From a bacterium (GTDB taxonomy: Bacteria > Patescibacteriota > Minisyncoccia > Phycocordibacterales > Phycocordibacteraceae), in NCBI GenBank assembly GCA_021784875.1, contig JAJYHF010000035.1, positions 1-38,417 of the forward strand: a stretch of DNA of 38,417 nucleotides, given 5' to 3'. The first letter of the stretch is position 1; every line of letters begins with the position of its first letter. Made by a program: the position numbers and the translations under genes. Shown one piece after another: positions 8,868 to 16,219 of the stretch. Under the pieces are notes generated by a model, which was not told the DNA's origin, did no database searches, and saw only the letters and a program-made list of their open reading frames with translations.

Positions 8868-8880
8868 TGCCTAAAGCCTG
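8857..8880. repeat. IR-R of the cassette; part of a 14-nt tandem duplication
   Basis: The reverse complement reads CAGGCTTTAGGCACTAGGCTTTAG. TAGTGCCTAAAGCC occurs twice in tandem (8851-8864, 8865-8878). Confidence 0.85.
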
Positions 8881-8887
8881 CATTCTT

Positions 8888-10702
8888 ATGTCCCTCATCG
8901 ATTTTTTCAGCAAGAAGAAGGAAGAGACCCCATCGATCGTCCCGGTCCTCCCGAAGGATATCTACACGCGCGGGACGCTCGACCTCGTCGATACCATCGC
9001 GCCGACCGCGCTCAAGATCGGCGCGCGGGAGATCGAGCTCGGCGAGAAGTTCGTCCGGGCTTTCTACACCATCTCCTATCCGCGCTTCCTCTCTGACGGA
9101 TGGTTCTCCCCGATCATCAATCTCGATAAGGTGCTCGATGCATCTGTCTTTATCCACCCCATCGAGACCGCCCAGGCTCTGCGTGGATTCCAGAAGAAGG
9201 TCGCCGAGGTACAGAGCCAGATCAACGAGCGCGAGGCGAAAGGGCTCGTACGCGACCCGCTCCTCGATACCGCGTACCAGGACCTCGAGGCCTTGCGCGA
9301 CAATCTCCAGCAAGCGCAGGAAAAACTCTTCGACGTAGGCCTCTACCTCGCGCTCTACGGCGACTCGAAGGAAGAGATCGACAAGACGGAGGGCGATATC
9401 CGCGGCATCCTCGATGCGAAGCTCGTCTACACCAAGCCGGCTCTCTTCCAGCAGGAGCAAGGGTTCCGCTCCTGCCTGCCGCTCGGTACCGACGAGCTCC
9501 TGGTGAACAGCAAGCTCAACTCCTCGCCGCTCTCTTCGATGTTCCCGTTCGTCTCCTTCGACCTGACGAGCGATCGCGGCATCCTCTACGGCATCAACCG
9601 GCACAATTCCTCGCTTATCCTCTTCGACCGATTCTCGCTTGAGAACTACAATTCCGTCGTCTTCGCGAAGTCCGGCTCCGGCAAGAGTTACGCGACAAAG
9701 CTCGAGATCCTGCGCTCCTTGATGTTCGGCACGGACGTCATCGTCATCGATCCTGAACGCGAATACGACCAGCTTACTAAGGCGACCGGCGGCCGTTCCT
9801 TCCACATTTCGCTCTCTTCGGAGCATCACATCAACCCGTTCGATCTGCCGGCAGTCAAGGAGGATGAAGACCCGAGAGACGTGCTGCGGAATAACATCAT
9901 CTCGCTTGTCGGTCTCTTCCGCATCATGCTCGGCGGCCTCTCGCACGAGGAAGACGCTATCATCGACCGCGCCATCAGCGAGACCTACGCTCTGAAAGAT
10001 ATCACCGGCGATGCCGACTTCACGGGCGCCGAGCCGCCTTTGCTGACCGACTTCGAGCAGGTACTCTCCGGCATGGAAGGGAGCGAATCGCTGGTTGAAC
10101 GCCTTTCTAAATACACGCACGGGACCTGGGCCGGCTTCCTCGATAAGCCGACCAATATCGACCTCACCCGCCAGTTCGAGGTCTTCTCGGTACGCGACAT
10201 GGAGGACGAGCTCAAGCCGGTCGCGATGTACATGATCACGCATTACATCTGGAACGCCGTCCGGCACGATCTGAAAAAGCGCCTTCTCGTCATCGACGAG
10301 GCCTGGTGGATGATGAAGAGCGAGGATACCGCCTCCTTCCTCTACTCCGTCGCGAAGCGCGGACGCAAGTATTACCTCGGCGTCTGCACCATCACGCAGG
10401 ACGTTGAGGACTTCCTCAAGAGCCCGTACGGCCGCCCGATCCTCACCAACTCCTCTCTGCAGCTCCTCCTCAAACAGTCGCCGACGACCATCGACGTCCT
10501 CCAGCAGACCTTCAACCTCACGGACGAGGAGAAATATCTCCTTCTTGAGGCCGGAGTGGGGGAGGGACTCTTCTTCGCGGGGCTCAAGCACGCCGCGATA
10601 AAGATCGTCGCGAGCTATACCGAGGACCAGATCATCACCTCCGATCCTTCCCAGCTCCTCGCGATAAAGGAGGAGAAGGAGCGCCATGCCGCGAACGCTT
10701 AG
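8888..10702 (+). CDS. virB4: VirB4/TraC-type T4SS ATPase core (DUF87/AAA)
   Basis: 604 aa from ATG 8888 (the track ORF starts at GTG 8867 inside IR-R). Walker A FAKSGSGKSYATK, Walker B LLVIDEAWWMM, then YYLGVCTITQD. Confidence 0.85.
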   Translation: MSLIDFFSKKKEETPSIVPVLPKDIYTRGTLDLVDTIAPTALKIGAREIELGEKFVRAFYTISYPRFLSDGWFSPIINLDKVLDASVFIHPIETAQALRGFQKKVAEVQSQINEREAKGLVRDPLLDTAYQDLEALRDNLQQAQEKLFDVGLYLALYGDSKEEIDKTEGDIRGILDAKLVYTKPALFQQEQGFRSCLPLGTDELLVNSKLNSSPLSSMFPFVSFDLTSDRGILYGINRHNSSLILFDRFSLENYNSVVFAKSGSGKSYATKLEILRSLMFGTDVIVIDPEREYDQLTKATGGRSFHISLSSEHHINPFDLPAVKEDEDPRDVLRNNIISLVGLFRIMLGGLSHEEDAIIDRAISETYALKDITGDADFTGAEPPLLTDFEQVLSGMEGSESLVERLSKYTHGTWAGFLDKPTNIDLTRQFEVFSVRDMEDELKPVAMYMITHYIWNAVRHDLKKRLLVIDEAWWMMKSEDTASFLYSVAKRGRKYYLGVCTITQDVEDFLKSPYGRPILTNSSLQLLLKQSPTTIDVLQQTFNLTDEEKYLLLEAGVGEGLFFAGLKHAAIKIVASYTEDQIITSDPSQLLAIKEEKERHAANA

Positions 10703-11450
10703 CCGAGCTGCGCCCACGCCCCCGCCGGTGATGACGTGGCCCAAAGCGTCACCGGTACTCATTTTCGCAGGATTTCTCTACGCGCTGCGCCTTTTTTTCG
10801 AATCGTTCTGGTTCTTCGGCCCGGCGCTCGCGGCAGCTTACTGTACAAGCAAGGTCTCCGGATGGGTCGGGTCGCTCGGCGGCCTCACGGCGGCGGCCTG
10901 TACGGCCGCCAGCGGCGCAGTGGGATATGTCAGCGCGCCGGCGCTCATAACGTTCGGCACGGTCATGGCTATGGTAGTAGGCTTTATCGGCTGGCTTATT
11001 ATCGGTTTCTGGCTCATGATGACGAATCGGCGGATATTTGAGGACAACGCTTTCTGGTTCGTCGGCGGCCTCGCGATAAGCGAGATCCCGATTCTCGACG
11101 CGCTACCAGGCACCATCGGATCCCTCTTTAAGATGTACCGCAACCAGATCAAGCACGATAAAGCGGCTTTTGCGAAATATCAAAAGGAGCTGGAGGCATT
11201 CAACAAACAGCAGCAGCTTGAACAGCTTCAGGCGTACCAAGAACAAGCATATGCTCTCGAGCAGGCGGAGGCGGATGAGGCGGAATCTGAAGCTACTACG
11301 CAGAGCGAAGGCGCGCAGTCAGAGCTTGATGATGAGCCTCTGTCTCTCCCAATCCCGAGGCCTTCAAAAATACTCTATGCTGATTTCTCTAAGAACGCCG
11401 CTAAAAGCAGGGTCCAAGAAGAGGACGAGCGCCTTGATAGGGCTGCATAG
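10686..11450 (+). CDS. polytopic membrane protein with a Q-rich coiled-coil and acidic tail (T4SS-locus component)
   Basis: About 4-5 hydrophobic helices followed by QKELEAFNKQQQLEQLQAYQEQAY. The start could instead be ATG 10731. Confidence 0.6.
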   Translation: MPRTLSRAAPTPPPVMTWPKASPVLIFAGFLYALRLFFESFWFFGPALAAAYCTSKVSGWVGSLGGLTAAACTAASGAVGYVSAPALITFGTVMAMVVGFIGWLIIGFWLMMTNRRIFEDNAFWFVGGLAISEIPILDALPGTIGSLFKMYRNQIKHDKAAFAKYQKELEAFNKQQQLEQLQAYQEQAYALEQAEADEAESEATTQSEGAQSELDDEPLSLPIPRPSKILYADFSKNAAKSRVQEEDERLDRAA

Positions 11451-11488
11451 ATACCAATCGCTCGCTTGACGTGCGCTATACTAAGCGC

Positions 11489-12481
11489 ATGCGTCCTTAT
11501 TTCATTTCTCTCCTGATCGGCGCCCTCACCCTCTCACCGCTCGTCGCGTTCGCACAATTCGATATGGGTAACACAGGGTCGTCATTTACCATGTCGGTCC
11601 TTCCGCAGTATCCCGAACCCTTAAGCCAGACGACGCTCTCTGTCACTTCTTCTTCGCTCAATCTCGCGAATGCGATCATGGCAGTATCCGTAAACGGGAA
11701 GGAGATCTATAAAGGCAGCGTCCAGCCGATCGCCATCCCGGTCGGCAAGGCGGGAAGCGCCACGAACGTGCAGGTCTCGATAACGACGAATGGTTCCACG
11801 ACGAGCCAGTCGCTCTCTATCCAGGCTCAAGACGTCACGCTGATTGCCGAACCACTTTCGTCCGCTCCTCCGCTCTACGCAGGGAAGCCGCTCATCCCGC
11901 TTGATGGGAACGTCCGCGTGGTCGCCATGGCAGATCTGCGCACGCCGGAAGGGAAGATCATCAATCCTTCGTCATGCTCATATGTATGGACGGTCGACAA
12001 CACTCAGGAAGACGATTTTTCCGGCATCGGCAAAAACACTCTCATCGTTTCCGCGCCGCTCCAATATCGCGCTCGCACCGTATCCGTCACGGTCGAGAGT
12101 CAGGACGGGAGCGTGAGCGGCAGCGCGACGATGGTGGTCTCTCCAGAGGAGCCTTCTCTGCGCATCTACCGGGTCGATCCTCTGCTCGGCGTCCTTTTTG
12201 ATCATGCCTTGAGCGATACCTACACCATCACGGGCGCCGAAGACACTTTTTACGCGGCTCCGTTCTCTTTCTCGCTCACGAACGGGACGCCAACGATCCA
12301 ATGGCTCCTGAACGGCCAACCAGCACAATCCGGCGATACGATAACCATGCGCCCGTCCGGAAACGGACAGGGTAGTGCCCTAGCCTCCGTTTCAGCTTCT
12401 GTAGGAGAAGTGCAAACCTCCACGAACCTCTCGCTCTCCTTCGGGTCAAACAAGAGTGGCTTTAATCTCTTCGGCTTATGA
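11489..12481 (+). CDS. secreted beta-rich protein of unknown function
   Basis: Signal peptide MRPYFISLLIGALTLSPLVAFAQ. S/T/V-rich. ATGA overlap with the next gene. Confidence 0.6.
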   Translation: MRPYFISLLIGALTLSPLVAFAQFDMGNTGSSFTMSVLPQYPEPLSQTTLSVTSSSLNLANAIMAVSVNGKEIYKGSVQPIAIPVGKAGSATNVQVSITTNGSTTSQSLSIQAQDVTLIAEPLSSAPPLYAGKPLIPLDGNVRVVAMADLRTPEGKIINPSSCSYVWTVDNTQEDDFSGIGKNTLIVSAPLQYRARTVSVTVESQDGSVSGSATMVVSPEEPSLRIYRVDPLLGVLFDHALSDTYTITGAEDTFYAAPFSFSLTNGTPTIQWLLNGQPAQSGDTITMRPSGNGQGSALASVSASVGEVQTSTNLSLSFGSNKSGFNLFGL

Positions 12482-13677
12482 AAAAGGTTCTGGTCATCGC
12501 CGCATTCCTTATCGCTCTCGCTGGGCTCGCGCCGCACGCGCTCGCCGCGAGCTCAGGGTCGGGTTTCGTCCCCCTCGCACCCATCCCCGGTCTCACCGAC
12601 GCCCAGAGCACGAGCGTCATTAACTCGACCTCGCTCGCAAACTTCCTCAACAACCTCTACCGCTACCTCGTCGGCCTCGCGGCGATACTCGCCGTCATCG
12701 AGATTATCCGCGGCGGGCTCGAGATATCGACGAAGGACTCGGTCAGTAAGAAGACCGATGGTAAGCAGCGTGTCTATCAGGCGCTCGGCGGCCTCGCGCT
12801 CGTCCTCTCGCCGTATGTCGTCTTCTCTATCATCAACCCGAGCATCCTCGACCTCTCGCTCAACTTGCCGGCGATCAAAAACGTACCGCCTCCGGCCGAA
12901 GTCAGCACGAGCGGAGGGGGGTACGGCGGCGGAGGCTCAAGTACCGGAAACGTCTGCAATGGCGTCACCTATTCACAATTCAAGACGGTGCCAGTCCCCG
13001 CAGGCCAGTATTGTGCGAATGTCCTTGGTTCTGGATGGACGGATGTCGATTCGACATGTGCTCGGAATCCTGAAGTCGATCCGGCTTGCACTGGAACAAG
13101 CCCGGCGTCGACCTGTACGACATGCGGTCTCACCGCCACTGACCAGCAATCGAGCGTTTGCAATGTGACCGGCGCACCCGGCATCCTTCAGTTCGCCACC
13201 TGCCCCTCGGATGCGGCGGCTCAGCAGTGGGGTAATAGCTGTACCCAAAATAACGGGGATTTCTATGTGACCAACCAAAGCAAATTAACTGACGGGACTG
13301 TCACGTCTGAAGACGTGATGTGCGAAACTAAGAAAGAATACGTATTCGTGAATACGAGTACCAGCGGGTTGAAGTCTATGGTCAACATCATAAATTTGCT
13401 TCAGCCGCTGGCTGTAACATCAGATAATTCGAGCAACGCCTCTGATGCTATCCAGTTTGCGAGCGTATGCGCCGGTAGCGCAGGTACCACTTGTGTCAGT
13501 AAATATCCTGGGTACTCTTTCTCTATCCCTTGTTCGCCAACACCCACGACAGCCTTGCCTGGTGGGGCGAGCGGAAAATGCTACTCCGAAACTTTGACTT
13601 GCTGGAGTAAGGGTGCCGTGTCTACAGCGCTCAATGCCTTATGCTCGAAAAATCCTAGCTGGGCACCATTCCAATAA
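12478..13677 (+). CDS. T4SS pilin-like (TrbC/VirB2-type) N-terminal module fused to a Cys-rich extracellular domain
   Basis: Signal peptide, then the LAPIPGL..NLYRYLVGLAAILAVIEIIRGGLEI and ALGGLALVLSPYVVF helices, then a Gly-rich linker (GGGYGGGGSS), then about 250 aa with 16 Cys by my count. Confidence 0.6.
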   Translation: MKKVLVIAAFLIALAGLAPHALAASSGSGFVPLAPIPGLTDAQSTSVINSTSLANFLNNLYRYLVGLAAILAVIEIIRGGLEISTKDSVSKKTDGKQRVYQALGGLALVLSPYVVFSIINPSILDLSLNLPAIKNVPPPAEVSTSGGGYGGGGSSTGNVCNGVTYSQFKTVPVPAGQYCANVLGSGWTDVDSTCARNPEVDPACTGTSPASTCTTCGLTATDQQSSVCNVTGAPGILQFATCPSDAAAQQWGNSCTQNNGDFYVTNQSKLTDGTVTSEDVMCETKKEYVFVNTSTSGLKSMVNIINLLQPLAVTSDNSSNASDAIQFASVCAGSAGTTCVSKYPGYSFSIPCSPTPTTALPGGASGKCYSETLTCWSKGAVSTALNALCSKNPSWAPFQ

Positions 13678-13680
13678 CCT

Positions 13681-14880
13681 ATGCGCCGCATCCTCATCAT
13701 CGCCGCAGTCATCATCGCCCTCCTTGGGACCGGCGCGTTCGTATATTTCCGATTCTTCGCCGGCTCGTCGTCGACGATCGCCACCACGCCTTCAGGGACG
13801 ACGAATTTCCCGTCCGCAAATCCAAGCCCTAGCGCAGGAACGCCCACGGACATGCCCGAGACGGTGCCGGCCGCGCCGACCACCGTCTCAGCACGACTCG
13901 TGAAGATAAGCGCCGGGCCGGCCGTGCCGGGCGAGGCCGTCGTTGATCAAGGCACGGCGAGTTCTTCTGACGTTTCCGTCTCATATATCGAGCGCGAGAG
14001 CGGCAATGTCTTCTCCTACCTCACCCGCGCCGACACCATCACCCGTATCAGCAATCGCACGCTCCCGGGCATCCAATCCGCTTATTGGCTCCCGAACGCT
14101 TCATCCGCGTTCGTCCAGTATCTCTCGGGCGATGATTTCTCGACCATAAACACCTATGCGCTCCCTGCCTCTTCGGACGGCAGCACGCAAGGGTTCTTCC
14201 TGCCTCAGGACCTCGCCGGTATCGCCGTATCCTCGACAAGCGTGCTCACGCTCGCCTCAGGCGCAAACGGTTCTGTCGCCTCGATTGAGAAGACCGATGG
14301 CACACATTCCTCCCAGATATTCACGACTCCGCTCTCGGCCGTGCGCGTATCCTTCGCAGGGAAAGGGAAGTACCTAGCGTTCAGCAAGCCGTCCGCAGAA
14401 CTCGCGGGCGATGCTTTCTTGGTAGACAGCGCCGGAGACTTTTCTCGCGTCGCCGGGCCTTTGAACGGCTTAGTCGCCTTGCCGAGCCCGGACGGGAAAT
14501 GGGCGCTCGTGAGCTACACATCCGGCAGCGCCATGCAGATGGAACTCGTGGATACGGAAACCGGCCAGACGACTCCTCTCCCGGTCGCCACCATCGCAGA
14601 CAAGTGCGTCTGGGCGGCTGATGATTCCGCCGCATACTGCGGCATCCCCGAGAATCCGCCGAGCGCCACCTATCCGGACGACTGGTATCAGGGCGCCGTC
14701 CACTTCAGCGACCGGATCTGGAAGATCGACGTCGCGAGCCGGTATGCCGAGCTTGTGCTCGACTTCCCTAAAGAGACGAATGATACTCTCGACGCCACCG
14801 CGCTCGCGGTCGATCCGCTCGGAACCGAGCTCGTCTTCGTCAACAAGAATGACGGTTCGCTCTGGGGCTACCAGCTCTAG
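13681..14880 (+). CDS. N-terminally anchored protein with a possible beta-propeller-like ectodomain
   Basis: TM helix ILIIAAVIIALLGTGAFVYF and an S/T/P linker. SPDGKWALVSY-type repeats are reminiscent of TolB/PD40. Confidence 0.55.
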   Translation: MRRILIIAAVIIALLGTGAFVYFRFFAGSSSTIATTPSGTTNFPSANPSPSAGTPTDMPETVPAAPTTVSARLVKISAGPAVPGEAVVDQGTASSSDVSVSYIERESGNVFSYLTRADTITRISNRTLPGIQSAYWLPNASSAFVQYLSGDDFSTINTYALPASSDGSTQGFFLPQDLAGIAVSSTSVLTLASGANGSVASIEKTDGTHSSQIFTTPLSAVRVSFAGKGKYLAFSKPSAELAGDAFLVDSAGDFSRVAGPLNGLVALPSPDGKWALVSYTSGSAMQMELVDTETGQTTPLPVATIADKCVWAADDSAAYCGIPENPPSATYPDDWYQGAVHFSDRIWKIDVASRYAELVLDFPKETNDTLDATALAVDPLGTELVFVNKNDGSLWGYQL

Positions 14881-15626
14881 GCAGCGGAGGCTCCCATTTT
14901 CGCCTCTTTATCGAGCGTGCGGCGGACGTGCCATTCTTGGAAGACACCCACGAGGTTGGTCGTTATGAAATAGAGTGCGATAGCGCCGGATGTGGTGTAG
15001 GAGATGACCCCGATGATGAACGGGAAAACATACTTGAGCTGTGCGCCGAGCATCTTCTGGAAACCTTCCTGCATGCCTCCTCCTTGGGCAGTCGGGCTCA
15101 TGGTGCCGGAAAGTGCCATATGCGCCTGGAAAAACTGGGTTACCCCGGCGATGATCGCAAGGGTGAGGCTCTGTCCCATCACCGACAATATCCCGAGGAA
15201 CTGAAGCGATACGCCGTGCGGGATCGGCGTGAAGGAATAGAGACGCGCCGCGTCGACGGTAAGGAATGGCTCGTAGCGGAAGACCCAATAGAGCGCCAGC
15301 AGGACGGGAATCTGGATGATAGCTGTCAAAATGCTCGCGAACGGGTTCACGCGCGCTTCTTTATAGAGGGCGAGCGTTTCGACTGCTTCTTTCTCCTTGT
15401 TGCCTTTATGCTTCTCCTTAAGTTCCTTGATGCGCGGTTCCAGGGTCTTCATAGCGCGTTGTGTGCGTGCCGCCGAAAGCGAGAAGGGGAGGAGGACGAG
15501 CCGGATAGCGATAGTGAGAAGGATAACCGCGATGCCAACGTTCGACCCGGGAACGATAGCCATGAGCGCCACGAGCGCGTTATATATCGGATTATAGAAA
15601 AAAGCGTGGAAAAGGTACGATATCAC
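14877..15626 (-). CDS. yidC: YidC/Oxa1-family membrane protein insertase (short form)
   Basis: IAVILLTIAIRLVLLPFSL...PRIKELKEKHKGNKEK...YKEARVNPF...IQIPVLLALYWVF. Confidence 0.9.
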   Translation of the reverse strand: MISYLFHAFFYNPIYNALVALMAIVPGSNVGIAVILLTIAIRLVLLPFSLSAARTQRAMKTLEPRIKELKEKHKGNKEKEAVETLALYKEARVNPFASILTAIIQIPVLLALYWVFRYEPFLTVDAARLYSFTPIPHGVSLQFLGILSVMGQSLTLAIIAGVTQFFQAHMALSGTMSPTAQGGGMQEGFQKMLGAQLKYVFPFIIGVISYTTSGAIALYFITTNLVGVFQEWHVRRTLDKEAKMGASAA

Positions 15627-15640
15627 GGATTTTGCGGTGA

Positions 15641-15970
15641 TTATTCAAGGACGCGACGCAGCAAATCGGCAAGTTCGGCCCTCAAGTCCTTATAGCTTAC
15701 ACTACGCACGGAAGCGGAGGGAAATACGATGAGCGCCGGCGGGAGGTCGAGTGTCCGTAGCGCCGAGAGAATACGCCGTTTTATCGCATGGCGGTTCGCA
15801 GCGAGACGTACGGTTTTCTTCGGAATCACGACCGCGTAACCTCGTACGCCCTCAGGAAGCCTAGCCGGTAGCGGGACGACCACGGAGAGATGAGGAGAGG
15901 AGAAGCGCCGACCGCTCTTCAAAACGGCAGGGAAGATAGCACGCGGGAGCCGCTGTCGGCGCGGAAACAC
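15641..15970 (-). CDS. rnpA: ribonuclease P protein component
   Basis: FPRRQRLPRAIFPAVLKSGRRFSSPHLSVVV...IPKKTVRLAANRHAIKRRI. The start is placed at GTG 15970, 7 nt after rpmH. The longer track ORF would overlap rpmH. Confidence 0.75.
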   Translation of the reverse strand: MFPRRQRLPRAIFPAVLKSGRRFSSPHLSVVVPLPARLPEGVRGYAVVIPKKTVRLAANRHAIKRRILSALRTLDLPPALIVFPSASVRSVSYKDLRAELADLLRRVLE

Positions 15971-15977
15971 GGGGAAT

Positions 15978-16115
15978 TTAGGCAGCGAGACGAGCTCGGC
16001 CGCTCCGCCGGCGCTTCTGGACGATCTTATTCCCCGAGGAGGTCTTCGTACGCGAGAGGAAGCCATGCGTCCCGGCGCGCTTCTTCTTCTTCGGCTGGTA
16101 GGTTCGTTTCGGCAT
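15978..16115 (-). CDS. rpmH: 50S ribosomal protein L34
   Basis: Hand translation gives MPKRTYQPKKKKRAGTHGFLSRTKTSSGNKIVQKRRRSGRARLAA (45 aa, too short for the track). Canonical position upstream of rnpA. Confidence 0.92.
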   Translation of the reverse strand: MPKRTYQPKKKKRAGTHGFLSRTKTSSGNKIVQKRRRSGRARLAA

Positions 16116-16219
16116 ATGGGTATTCGGTTATACACACCATACTAACAGGTTCTCCCCAAACCGCCAGCCTGGTCCCGTTCATGAACGAGAGTATACTCAC
16201 TCTATATATATATGGATAA
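16116..16219. promoter_or_regulatory. rpmH-dnaA intergenic region: DnaA-box-like sites, palindrome and (TA)n run
   Basis: TTATACACA at 16128-16136. Palindrome GAGTATACTC at 16189-16198. TATATATATAT at 16203-16213. Minus-strand TTATCCATA at 16211-16219 overlaps the dnaA ATG. Confidence 0.45.

Larger units (their letters stand above)
7991..8880 (+). mobile_element. candidate non-autonomous inverted-repeat-bounded two-gene cassette with no recombinase inside
   Basis: 24-nt inverted repeats at both ends. Interior GC is about 50 % versus above 60 % in the flanks (by eye). It carries DUF5680 and four-helix-bundle genes. Confidence 0.4.

Noticed and set aside
1479-8880. Integron-type system, with the tyrosine recombinase at 1479-2378 as integrase and the 7991-8880 module as a gene cassette with attC.
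   Set aside because: The recombinase looks like an ordinary XerC/D and lies 5.6 kb away behind unrelated housekeeping genes. The cassette ends are near-perfect inverted repeats of a 7-nt-period motif and lack the R''-L''/L'-R' attC organisation and the GTTRRRY core.
8864-10762. 632-aa antisense ORF opposite virB4. Similar long shadow ORFs include 4334-5125(-), 5711-6532(-), 6016-6711(-), 24521-25366(+), 27544-28335(-), 28732-29550(-), 31518-32204(-), 33414-34478(+) and 34984-35598(+).
   Set aside because: These are typical stop-poor antisense frames of high-GC genes. Their translations are R/E/G/A-rich low-complexity with no motifs. The opposite strand in each case carries a clearly recognisable protein.
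14873-14905. Sequence GCTCTAGGCAGCGGAGGCTCCCATTTT resembles the left cassette border (GCTCTAGGCAC...GCTCCCATT).
   Set aside because: Both matching blocks are explained by coding sequence here: the convergent stops of 13681-14880 and yidC share CTAG, and GGCTCCCAT encodes Met-Gly-Ala of YidC on the other strand. There is no 7-nt periodicity and no inverted partner.
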